A DNA stretch of 63,408 bases, the filler included, from Phoronis australis (lineage: Eukaryota; Animalia; Phoronida), in NCBI GenBank assembly GCA_002633005.1. It is 4 parts of 4 records of this genome, joined end to end, with 100 filler letters (N's around TTAATTAATTAA, not from the genome) between each part and the next. Parts side by side here need not be neighbours in the genome. Positions count along the whole stretch, not along the records: positions 1 to 18,897 come from NMRA01001291.1; 3 more parts are not named here. One strand, given 5' to 3'. The position numbers were made by a program, and so were the translations under genes. Positions 1 to 13,300 of this stretch are shown piece by piece (position 1 is the first letter of the stretch; every line of letters begins with the position of its first letter). The notes beneath the pieces are model-generated. The model worked only from the letters and a program-made list of their open reading frames with translations. It did not search any database and was not told where the DNA came from.

Positions 1-101
1 GGTTAAAATCGGTGACATTGGGTTTATCACCCCTCTGGGCATTTTTGCCTGCTGTGAGCCGTACTTCACTCTTAAGTGTTTGAATTTCTGTAATCGACCA
101 G

Positions 102-180
102 TGGTTCCGTTACCTCAGAGGACTAGAGCGTCTGCAGTCAGCAGAAAGTCCCGCTGGGTTTGAGCCGCGGTCCGGGAAGA
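102..180 (+). repeat. possible decayed tRNA-derived SINE head
   Basis: GGTTCCGTTACCTCAGAGGACTAGAGCGTCTG...GGGTTTGAGCC resembles degenerate pol III A and B boxes; no clean cloverleaf. Confidence 0.3.
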
Positions 181-1331
181 AACTTTTTCAGACTTAACAA
201 TAGGTCACGTGATGTTCCCAGCATATGGCGTATTTAAAGACTAATAATTCGCACTTATATAATTTCAGCGCGCTGATTTATGAAAACACTCGTCTTGTAT
301 ATACCAATCGTGATTTCCGCGGATAAATTTAGAGTAGCAATAAAAGTAAAAGATTTTCTCCTTAACTTATCTCACGACCGAGCCTGAAACATCCCGATAA
401 CTCAAAACTTTGCACCCTTGTTTTATAAGTGGTGCAAATCAACGGTCAGATAATTGAAAAGAATGTTTTATAGATTTCTGTGATACAGAGTCGAAAGCTC
501 AGTTTTCGAAATCGACGAGAACTCTACGTAAGAGGCCTAGAAATGTGGTTTTCCTCTTNAAAAAAAAAAAAAAAAAAAAAAAAAAAAACACCAGACATTT
601 TCAAAAACAAGAACAACGCAAAACGTATGGGGTGCTTATAAGCTTCATTTAATGTGCAAAGAGAACACAATCTGATTACAAGAGATAGCTGCAACACACA
701 CTAACATCAAATATAAAAACATTAAAATGTGCAAGTTTCAACACTTCTAAGAAATAAATGAAAATGGCACAAAACAACACAGCACTTGGCATCCAAAAAT
801 TGGCAGGTGTGTACGTTCCCATAACGAAGAATCACGTGATTTGGCAGATATAAAGATAGAAGCAAAAAGATTTAATGGGGGAGGCAGCTCTTTCCACTTT
901 CTACTCAAAACTGGTAACTGCCATCATCTACAAAATGTAATGGCCTCCAGGGGGTGCTGCAATAGTCAAATATGCCAAAAATCGACTGGAGCTGGCGCAT
1001 TGGAATTGTGTGAAGTTTCACTGAAAACCGTCAATCAGTTTCTGGAGATGCCACCACAAAACACTCTTAGTGGCAAAAGCTCATTATGTTGTAGTAAAGA
1101 AGTCAGGATTTGGTGAACGTCGACTTTCGTCGTGCATATTGTTTGCTATATTTGACTGTGTTTTTGACACACTAGTGATTTTCATCTGCTTAGAATGCAG
1201 ACCCTTAATCTCACATCCCTACGTACAAATTTGTGCTGCCATCAGCAAGAACAAAGCATTAGTAATTAGATCAGACATCAAGGTCATCCATAGACTTCGA
1301 GAATGGAAAGTCGGGCATCTCCCTAAGTGTC

Positions 1332-4300
1332 TTAATACGTGAATGTGGTTTTCGAAGATATGGGAGTGTATCTCCCAGAGTCGACATCCTCAGTATATGC
1401 GTTTTTACGAATCGACATTTCACACTCGCGACCAACCACTTCGTCGACAGGACTTATGCACATGGCCTTCTTGAATGTCCTAAAAATAGTAAGTAGATAA
1501 TAATCGAAATTAAATTGCACGTTTAGTGAACCTACAAGTAACTATTAACATAAATTTTGGTGGACGACTCGCCACATACGTTGTGCCAACAGTTTATCGG
1601 AACAAAGCTTCCGTCATTTCCCTGTTCAAATCCCATGGAGTAGACAGGCATTTACTCTAAAATGACCCAAAATACAATGAGATATTTTAAAACTGCTTAA
1701 TAAAGGCCTGAATACAAAACCAGAAACACACATTAAGTGATAGACGATATCAATATCCATGCAGTGTCCCCTCACAAATGCTATATCAAGTCCGCCAATG
1801 ATTTTCAAATGCTTTAGGAAGCGTTTGTTTACCGGGGACTTCAGATGAAGCGCACCGGGCATCTGAATGTATCTTTAAAATGACACAGCTATGAGTACAT
1901 TACGGTTGATTATAGATGTGTAAGTATGTTATTTTTAATTTTAATTTTACGTCTACGTGATGCATTCATTTGAATCTAAGGTTATTTCAGAAAGATTACC
2001 ACTCTCTTGGCATACGTGACGACCGGAAGTGAACTGTGCAAAAAAGGAGAAACGCTTATTAGCTATATACTTATAGTGGCTACAAACTCACGTTCGGTCG
2101 AAGAAACCAAATACAAAATTAGTCTCGACTATGTACTTACTTAGATGAGAAATGGGTTTCTGTCTTTTGTGCTTGTAAAGAACTGACAGGTCGTTATTCT
2201 CCGAGATCATGATCGGGGACACGCTGTGACAAGCCAACGTGCAAAGCCTGGTCTCAATCAACAGTGAAGTGTCAGTTCTTTCCGAGCACAGAATTTAACT
2301 CTTATTTGACAATTTGAGACCAATTTGAAACCAATTTCATAATGTTCAGTAGTCTAAATCGAAAGTTTTTTGTGACGGAAAACGGATTTTAGCCGCTTTA
2401 GCGACATACGTTAACAATCATAAACAATAACGAGCTTTTCTTGACATCATCATTACTGGTTTTTTGTTCCAGGAAAAGTCAGTGTCAAAATGTGCCTGTG
2501 CTACACTACTAAGACAGTATAATGTAGTCACCTCAAACCAGCTGGGACGCGGGTGATTCTGCTGGCAAACATTGGGTGCGTTTCGTTACAGACTCAAAAG
2601 TGCAGGAACTTTAGAGTTGTCAGGTAAAGTAACTTACCGTCTCATTGTCACGGCAAATACGATAATCAGGAGAAAAGCGACCGCTGCGGCCACGGACACG
2701 CCAATGACGACAGACTGTTTATCAGCTGGACGCTCCACATTTGGAACTTGTGTCGTGGTTTCAGTGCCAACGCTACTTTCCGGTTGAATGCTCGATTCTG
2801 TGAAACGTCTTTGTTCGGTGGTTCCAGTGTCACGAGAATTAATACCTTGATACGCAGTAGTGCCATTTCCTATAAATTCTACAAGAGATGTGGAAGATGA
2901 CACCAGTTTGAGTCGATCAAGGTGATTAAGACAATTAACATTTCGTTGGCTGCATTTGGTTGACTTCGCCGGTTTCGCCAGGTTAAGCGGCTACGACATC
3001 TGATTGATCTGGGATCCAGGAGTAGTCATTGAGAACAGAACCAACCGGATATTTTAGCCAGTTGACCCGTTGAAACCGCTGAAGTCATCATCATGAAAAC
3101 AAAAATTATTGAACCAAAGCAGTAAAGAAATTAAAACGGTTCTTGTAATAAGGGTAAGAATGCGAAATTACAACTTTTGTGGAGCCAATAAAAATAAAAG
3201 GCACAAATGTATTCGTAGATCGTTGGTACCACAGTAAGAATCTTAGCTGTGTTAACAAATATCCTTACTTCAAAACAAAATCGCGTTTGGTAACTCGTCA
3301 ATTATGAAAATTAGGAATAGTAAATTTTCGAAACTGCTTAAGGAGAAACCTAATTCAACAACCAAACCTCACAGATCAACCATTTCAACTACCCTCACTT
3401 TCTTGTAAGGCTCTCGAGAACAATACTCGCGAAACTCTCGTCTTTTGCTCGAGTGATTTTGCATCATGGTGCGCGAATCAACTTGACTGCGTCTATGAAA
3501 AGCTAACCAACTACTGATTTGATAGATCACTCACTTCTTTTTTGCTGTAGAAAGCCTTTTTCACGCATTTTCCAGCATGCCGCCTGCAAGGTTTGTGAGG
3601 AGGTACACACGTCCACACACCTAGGTGCTGACAGAGCGCACAATAAGAGTGGTGCGGACAAAACGAATGCATGACATCGTTGCATTTAGATTTACATTCT
3701 GGTGAAAACCACCAAACTCGCTATAGAGCAAGCAAGACTTACCGCAGTCTGACTCAATCCGAGAACCCATGTTTGCCGTTGTCTTTCCATCCGAGCATTT
3801 TTCACACGTGAATTGGCCTTCCTTGGCTTGATAGAAACCAAAACTACAGGGAAAACACGAGATTTGGCCGGCAGAGGGCTGGTAGTGCCCCGTCTCGCAT
3901 TGCAGACAGACTTTCCCAAGTCTATACTCCGTGTTCTTTTTGTAGTAGGTCCCTGGTGGACAGGCGACTGACAAGAAGAAACATTTTTACATGTCATGTA
4001 GTTCTGAGCACAGATATAACAGTGAGCCCATCTCAAGTCTAAGGCAAAGCATTAAATGATACATCTCAACCCCATAAGATGATTACATCAACATCCACAT
4101 ATCGGTTGATATCATGATAAGTAAAAACTATTACACTGTTACTATACAAAAGATGAAGGTCTATTTGGTGCTGGCAACGGATTTGCCAAATTGTAATGAG
4201 GGCTAGGGCTCTCATTTTCAATAATTTATTTCAAACTCACAAGATTTTGTTGTTTCATAATCATTTCCAGTGTTCCACAAAACTAAAGTTTGAAAGCATA

Positions 4301-7300
4301 ATCTAACCAATGTTAAATTCAAATTAGATGGATAGTTTATTTAGCCATTCATGATACAAATAGTATGTGCATCTACGCAAGTTCCTACTTACTAAACGCA
4401 ACTTGAAGTGACATGAGTGGGATTTGTAGTAGTCAAAGGTAAACAGCTAAAATAAAGTTTTACTAAGACCATATGAATAGTAGTCATTGATTACTTTCAA
4501 ATATCAAAACAAGGCAAGGAGACTTTCAAAAGGCTAAGGAGCCGCTTGCATGACAGCCACCTATCTCGTGTTAGTTAAAAATAAACTAAGTATTCGTTTC
4601 AACAATTTATCTCACTACAAGAGCGAAACAACAAATTCGCATTCCGATCTGGTCGTTAGAATTTTCAATTCATAAAACTAGCCTTACAGCACTCCGTTTC
4701 GTTTTGTGTTCCACTGTCGGGTGTGGAATGCCCATGGTCGCACTCAGAACAGTTCATTTGACCTTCACTCGTTTGGAAGTAGCCCTGTGGGCATAGTGCG
4801 CAGGCTATTTGCCCCACGTCATTGGCATTGTCGGTGTAATACGTTCCCGGTCGACATTTAACTGCAAACACACAAACAAACCATGTTCGAACGACATAAG
4901 CCATTTTCTTGGTACAAAAAATTGAATGATGTATAAAAGGAAAACGAAATAATAATTAAGAAAAATGTAACAGCCTTTTTGAAATTTCACTTTGAAATTA
5001 ATACCAAACAAAATTTGGACACGTTGTTGATGTCCTTGTTTTGTTATGGATGAACACATTTTTTGATGAATTTTACTAAAAAACGTGGTCGCGGGTCTAA
5101 GTTAATGGAAGATTGATATCAAGTAAAAACTGAAATTGTACCAAATTTCTACTTTCAGAAACACTACATTATACAGAGTTAAAATCAATAGTTTGGTAAG
5201 TAGTTGGCTCAATACACAGACTTGTCCATGAGGTACTACAATAACCTCAGCGATAACGAGGCCCATAGCGATAACGAGGCCCATAGCGATAACGAGGCCC
5301 AGGGCGATAACGAGGCCCAGGGCAAAAACGAGGCCCAGGGCGATAACGAGGCCCAGGGCGATAACGAGGCCCAGGGCACACAGAAGAAGTTGAATGTGTG
5401 GCCTCTGATAGACATTTCCAGGTCTTCTTGGTCGCAATTACTGAAGTCTGCGTTTCGAGTAAAATTTCTCACACAAAACCGTTAAGCCTGTCAAATTTTC
5501 TCAGGATAAAAGCACGTAAGTTACGAAGTGAGTTCAGTGAGTATTGAAGACTAGTGACCAATCCTGTTGTATGGAGGTCCAGAGATGAAGGAATAGAAGT
5601 GGTCAGATGTTTTTGTAAATTTAGTTTTCTAACTCAAAGTGAAAAAGCACTCTTCAGTGGGGGATAGAGAATGGGAAGCAATGGTGTTTAAATCTTTAAA
5701 TTAAAATTGCATTTCATCGTCCACAATTACATTTGAAAAATGTACATCTAGGTGTGAATTTTTTAATAAAACCCTATTGAACATTGTAATAAAATGGCAT
5801 CGGTTTAAGAAAAATGTTTTGCAAGCACCGTTCTGAGGTACATGAGGTATCCACTTGGTGCTTTTTGAGCTGAGGGGTGTGTCGTGAGATAATTTAGCAA
5901 GGTTTTGGCAGAGTTGGCTACATTACATGATGCATTGTTAAAGTAGAACAGTTAAGCTTACTTTGACCATTTTCAGGCAATCTGCCAGCTGTTACTGGGT
6001 CCCCGTATGATCACGATGCGATAAATCATGTAACTAACAACAGTTTTACTTTTAATGACTGTGGCGCGCCCCTGAAGGCGTAAGCATTAGCAGGTTACAG
6101 AACAAGGATTGGCTGAAATACTCAAATAAGATTTAGTATGTTTTTATGTATACCGGTAATTGTAAATACTGCATTTATCGTTTTAGGTTATGTAAATGTG
6201 TATCAACTATGATTAGAGCTTCTTACTGATTGTTTTTTCAATACATTGCTATCTTTATATCTATAGATCATGTTTTTTTTTGTAGACTGAATGCTTACGA
6301 CTGCACTTGAAGTCTTGACTTCAAGCAAACAATTAAAATACGTAAATTTGTGTGGTAGTATTTAAATCGTCTCCTGTTCTTACCGCAGACATCTCCAACG
6401 AATGAAGGCACGGTTCTTTGTGGACAAGACAAGTCGGTAGAGATGTTGGAATTAGCTGTGTAGTTCTTGCCGTCAATAACGAATGCAACTTCATTATTAG
6501 ATAACTTTGTTACTACCTCATTGTTCAGGGAGTTGAGCATTGACGCGTTAAATTCTGAAATAAAAAATAAAGATAACGAAAATGAACAACTTACAACGTA
6601 TTATGGAGATCTTTTTGAACAGAAAATACATATAACAGTGTTACACTCTTGATTTGTTTTCAATTTGTGAGTAATATTGCTAAGGATTACTGTTCTACTT
6701 TTGTTCTTGAAAGATTCAAATGCCATTGGGCGAAATGGGAAAATCGCCTCCAACATTTTCAAAGCGAAATGTGCATTCTTTATGTTTTATAATCAAGAAT
6801 GAGGTGAGTCTGGCCAACAAAAGTGAACGAGGCAGGGAGATGCACGTTTTGCAGTTACTGGTTAGGTACTAATTGTTAGAAAGATTCTTTGAGGTGAAGG
6901 GTGAAACACCCAACTATAATGGCATGCAGCATGGTCAGAACTTTCGTTTGGTACACCAAGGCAACTTCGAAGCATGACCGTAAGCACTTTTGGAGGAAAA
7001 ATTTTTTAACGTGATGGGTTAGGCAGCTTGTAAGTATACAGTTCACTGACTGTCAAGAAAGAACGAAAGTTTGTTTTCTCAGGTACTGTGTCTCACTTTG
7101 TGACGTCCTTTCACTCATCCTCAAATTTTTTTTCAGGGTTTTGGTTCCCGGTCCACAAAGTATATATTATCTGAGTACTCAACGACAGGATAATCTTAAT
7201 TCATGTCTCAAAATAGTTTTAACAATCAGGTGACCGCCATTTTTGCGAAACTTATATGTTTGTTTCAAGCATAAACGTCTAAGAAACCTTAACTGAGGGC

Positions 7301-10300
7301 AACTTCATATTACAACTAAATATCGTTACTCTCAGTACGCAGCAAACCGTCTTCATTTTTCGAGAAGAAAAATCTGAGGCACATTTCCTGTTTAGCCATA
7401 AACCATTAGATATGGGGCAAAAATTCACGTTACTTTGTTTTGAGTAATTCGAGTTTATTTAAGTGGATATGGGTAACAAAACATATACACTGTATGAAGA
7501 ATCGCAATGCTAAACGTAGTAGTGACATATAAAATCTTACCTGAACTGTTATATGTCATCGAACCGACAATCTGAATATTTCCCATGGTTGCCCGTCTCC
7601 GGCGAAACCCTCGTACGTTAGATAACCAGCGTTTCTTGCGAAGTTGCTGTTGTTCGATGGAACACTGAGCGTCGGTTGTTTTTTTGGGCCCAAGTAGAGC
7701 ACTAACATAAGTCTGCGCTTGCAGCGCCACCGACTTCATGTTCGTCTCAGTACATGGCAAATCCATAATGTCTACCGTCATCACAAGCTTCCTTGGTATG
7801 TCCGTAATAACTGAAATCAATAATGAGTGAAGTTGTTATTAACATGACTATTCAAATCACAGTTCACGTCTTGGGCAGGCTTAATTTCTTATTTGCAACA
7901 TTACGTTTGAATAAACGAAGATATCAGACATATTTACTCGAATGCTGCTGGTGAATGATACTTGCTAGTCAGCACTCGGCAAACACATCATTTGGGCACA
8001 AAATTTAATTCATGGTGGAAAATGTTCATAGGCTGTTATGCGGTTATTCAAGTTCAACACAAAAGTAATGACGAATACTGTAGTTAGCACCAATAACAAT
8101 AGAAATAAGGGTAACAATGACAGTATGGAGGTGATAACGAAAACCTTGGTATCCTTTCATTGCCTTTAGTGTCAGATGAATGGATATGTGCAGGCAAAGC
8201 ACCGAGTTTTTACAAGATTTGCACACTCACAACACCAGAACAAGAGTTCACTGACAATTGGGATGAAAAAGATGATAGTAACAGGCAATGATTGGTTGAC
8301 GGTGTTTTTACTATAAATGAAACCTTACAAATGAATACAAGCCACTATTTATAATACAACTCCTTCTGTGACATACCTGATTTTAGTGAAAGTTGTATTC
8401 TTCAAACTTCCACATATTCTTACTATTTTTGCTATTAACTCCACAGCCAGTATACGGTGATGAAAATTTGGTTTTCCAAGCATCATGCACAAAGTCGAAG
8501 GGACTCCATTTTTAAGAGCGAGTCACGTTTTACCGGACAACAAAAATCATTTGCTTCATGAATGTTAACGTTATCAATGATGCGATCTTGGTATTTTACT
8601 GAGTTGAAATGGCATGTCAAATATGCATACCAAAGTTTCACTTTTGTCTAGAGCATGCAAACATTGGATCTTGAACGGTTATTCGAATCGAGTTCACATA
8701 TACATTAATTACCTTCAGAGCAACCAGGAATTATGAATGGGCTTGATTTACTAGCTTGCGTTGTCCATATCCATGAGGTGTCCGGGCCACATTCATACTT
8801 CCCCTCATCAGGAATTGGAGAGGCGAATCCATACCCAGGTCTACACGATGCAACGCAAGTTGTCTTTTCGTCAGTAGTCCAACAAGTGAGTTTCCCCTTG
8901 TTTGGAGGCTTCGGCATTTCGGGACTGCAAGCTATTAGAGTTTGGAAACCTTAAGTGGCCATTTCTAAAGGCATAACATTGAGGGGGGGTGTTTGTGGAA
9001 ATTTCCGACAGTAATAATGATAATGATAGTAACAACAATAACAACAACAATAATGATAAGAAGAAGGAGAAGAAGAAGAATCATAACCACAATAATGACA
9101 ATAATAATAATAATAATAATAATAATATCATTAATACTGAAGCAAGAGTAGCATGAAACATTTCAGACAAGCTGCACTTTTGCATCGTAATGAAAGGTAA
9201 AGTTTCTAGCAAAGCAAAAATACTCAATTGCGACTAGTTGCAGCTTAGTCACACAATAGGTCTAGCTGTCCGAACTAAAACGGGGTCCTAAGGTACATGC
9301 AATCATCGATATGCGTTAAACGTTTTTCTAAACTCGTTCAACGATAAAAGATCACCTTTTTGAAAACTAAAACAACACAGAGTTACGGCAGTGGAATATA
9401 GTCAATCCTGACGGAGCCGAAATCTACTGATACCGGCACATCTTCGCCACCTACTTTTCTGTCAAGTTTCATCAAAATCGTCAAGCCACATAGACAATAG
9501 TCGACAGGAGAAGAAATATATTTAGGAACAATAGGGCCATCTAGGACCACACAGCGACACTCGAATCTCGCTGTATTTCCTCACAATGACGTAAACATCC
9601 GTCAGGTACATTTGCTACCTCGTTTTTGTGCCACTGGAGTTTCACCCTGTTATTTGTTGTTGTCAGATTTTTTACAAGTTTTTTTCGGTTGCATTACTGC
9701 ATTCATCCTTCCCATTCCTTCGAAGTACTGTGGGCTGCAACTCTGACGTGGGAGAGCTTAATAAACTGGACAAATGTCGGTGAATGAGTGATCCGAACTT
9801 CTTCGCCTTCCCGACATGAACGAGACACAAAAATGTGCTTGATTCCAAAACGAGGTCACGCGCTTTCTTATCTACAGGACAACATCAGAGTTGTATCCCC
9901 ATGTAATCCGGAACTGTCCTATTCAGATGGCCAGCCAAGTGGGGGTTCTACGGTAACCAGAAGTTTCCGAAAGTCGATAATAACCAGCATGTATGAGTGA
10001 CGATTAGAGGAACGACCGTGTATCTACATTTTCATGAGCACCTGATAGTTCACACTGAAACTTCTATTCCAGAAAACCTACGATCAGTTATTTCAATGTG
10101 ACTGCACTGGCAGGAATTGTGCTCGGTACACATTGACGAGTTTTCACATAAAAATACGACATCGTAGAATGGACTCAAACCAACAGTTTAATAAAACTTC
10201 TCTATGCAAGTGAGTGTTGTGAAACTGTGCTTAGGGTTGTTTTAAACATTCTGTGTCAGTATCAGTTGAAATATTGTTTCTGTTCATCTTCTGGCCAGAG

Positions 10301-13300
10301 TGACCACATAGTTTTTGCTTATGGCCACCCGTGTTTGAATTCGAGCTTCAATCGTCTGGAGGTCGTCCTAAGTATTCCAGGATTTACCGTCGCAATGGAG
10401 TGTTTATACTGGACGTGACGTGGTCTCTTAACCAGTGTCATGGTTGAAGCTGAATCCAGCTTGCTCAATTACACACAACTATTTTAAAATAGTTTACTCT
10501 TTAATAATTTCAATGTTTTGATAATCATTACTGATTCATTTATTAAGATGAGGACTCAGATATTAACCTGGACACGCTTCAACATTGCAGGCGAGTGTTT
10601 CTTTGGCAACTCCAACGCAACTTTGACCTCCGTTCAATGGTGGCGGGTTATCGCACGTTCGGTTTCTCGATCTTTGACCTCCAGCACAGGAAGCACTGCA
10701 GCTCCCCCACTCGTTCCAAAGTCCCCACTCACCATCAACTGCAAGTTAAAAGAGCATGCTTGTGAGTTTTAGACGTTTAGAAACATGTTGGCAGCGAAAA
10801 TGGCTAATTAGAAAACAATATACAACAGTACTTTCGGCGAGGAAAATCAAATAATCGAAATTTCGAGCACTCCAAAATTTCAAGAAGTTGACGTCCTAAT
10901 ATTTCATCACCAGTCTCCATTTTTCAGGTTTTACCCCAGATGTCAATCATTTCGCAATATGGGCAATGTGTTGTATACTGACGACAAAAACTGAACAACG
11001 TATGAATGCGGCTCACAAAAACAATTAAGGAGACAAGATTTTTATGAGCATACAAGGAATTGCACTACGAATTCAAAAGTATAAAGCTTAAAGCTGATTA
11101 GTAAAACTAAAACGACGAATATATTTTAGTATATTCGTCGTTTTAAAACATCTCCATGTTTCGAGCGATCCACTCTTTGTCAAGGGTATGCTACAGACAC
11201 TAGTTTTACTATTTTATATTTTTATTCGTCGGTAACTGCACGGCATTGCCACATCTATTTGATTTTAAAGCTGATTCATACCGATTTCATTTTCACACAG
11301 TGGTCCAGTAAATTCTTCTCTACAAACACAGTAGTAACCTTGTTCATGACCAACGCATGTTGCATCGTTGCGACAGTTGTTATCAAGGCAGTCGTGAATT
11401 GTGCAGTTCTTTCCTGTAAAACAAACTTAGACAATGGAAACTTATCACATGTTTACTGGCGTTAGTCACTTACATACATGTATGTGTTGTCTAAGAGGCA
11501 ACTAGCGATATAAAAATCAATGAGCAGGTGTGACAGACCTACTGAATCAACAGAGATCATGCGCAAGTAAACAAAAAACCAAACTCCACGAAATAGAGCC
11601 CATCTGGTCTGAAAAGAGGAAAACCAAGGAAAACTGTGTGTAGCTTGCAAGGAAAGGCATTAAAAAGTCTGCCTTATTATACAACTGGAACCCTAAGCGT
11701 TGTCGGTGTATCTATCTACCCATCATCCAACCTAGTAAACGTCCAGCTGCTTTCAGGGCAACCATCTTTCCATCGTATTCTTTTACTTTTTAACAAGGAT
11801 TTCATTGTTGCGCTCCATTGCTGCCCAAAAGGACTTACGTTGGCAACAAGACCTGAATCACAAATTCACTTCCGAGGTTTACTATTGCATAACACTAGCG
11901 TAATTGGGCGTGACCTCTCCAAGCTTCTCTTGGAAACACCCCCAGCCCACCTCAATGCAGTAACGCATAGGTTTCGTGTCAGAAGCCGAATGTTGAGTTT
12001 TTGCAATACGGGTATTTGCTTCGAACAATGAAGTGGGCAGCAGCTACTGTCATTTTTCAAATGTAATGCGAGACACTGAGCTGTCAACTTGCAAGCAAAC
12101 ACCCGGTGACGTCACAGATAACTTGGCTTATAAAATTTGGTGGATTTTAACTTCAGCCTTGCGATGGTGTGACTTGTTTTGGTTGCTTAGCCAGTAGTCG
12201 TACCAAAAAGCATGTTGGTGCGCACCGTGCTTTCAATTCTGGTGCCGGACTGGAGGGACTAATGTTACAGTGTATTTTTCATCACATTGCTTACACTTGT
12301 CCGAATTATCTGTGATAACACATGGCTATGTACACATAACAGCGTTCTGTCGTTCAGCAACTTTTTCAGACGTGAGGGGTGCTGAACGTGCGATAACATC
12401 TGGCTCTTTTGTTAACTGCCCAGCTCAGTCTTTTGTCCCGTATGATAGATAACAAGCAGGCCAATTATCTCCCACGCTTCAAAGGAAGCGTATGGTGGTT
12501 GCACACTATTACCGAATGGGTATGAACACAGTCAAACCCAGTGCGTTGGTAATCCGTTTGGACAGAATAGATTGTCTTAACTTCTGTTGTAGTTGGGCGA
12601 GTTTGGTGATTCAAAAACGGAACATGATCAGCATTTGACGAGGAATTCAAAAATGCTATTGGTTTAAGCTCAAATATTTTATAGCTTAACTTTCATTTTT
12701 ATCAGCCCAGCCCAGTCAGGCTAGATACGATCTGATCGGAGATTAGAGCAATTATGGAACAAAAGAGCGCAGGCCCTCCAACCATAAATGCCAGAATGGA
12801 GTTAATCAGTCGTGTAAGATATTGGCTACATGGGTGAACTTCCCAACTTGTTGTTGGGCTATAGAATCGAACAAGTTGGGAGCAACGGGATGTTGCCGTC
12901 ATGCAAGCTAACAGTCGTACCATAATGCATTTGAAAAGCGACAGCAGTGCAGGTAGTAATGGGCGATTTGTTGTATGTGAAATTCGTGAATTGAACCTGT
13001 AACCTGCAACTGTCAAAATTCCAATTCCCGTGTTAAGAAAATGAGTCATTTCATGATTAATTGTAAATTTTACTCATACCATTCAAGTTTCTGTTTACAG
13101 TATCCAGCACAATACCTGTAAAGCCAATGGGGCAGTTGCAACTATAGTTTGATCCGTTGTTTACACAAGTAGCGTTGTTCCAACAGGGGAGATAATCACA
13201 AGGGGGAGGAGCTGAAATAAATGTAAAGCGCATAAAGACAAACAGGAAGAGATAACAGTAAGAAAAGTCAAAACTATGTTTAAGTTAATTTGTAAGATAG

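Noticed and set aside
560-588. Poly(A) run as a retrocopy tail
   Set aside because: It directly follows a single N join; no recognisable element or TSD.
5102-5485. Repetitive hydrophobic or acidic ORFs; CRISPR-like appearance
   Set aside because: Translations of a spacer-less 18-bp intronic minisatellite; no unique spacers and no cas genes.
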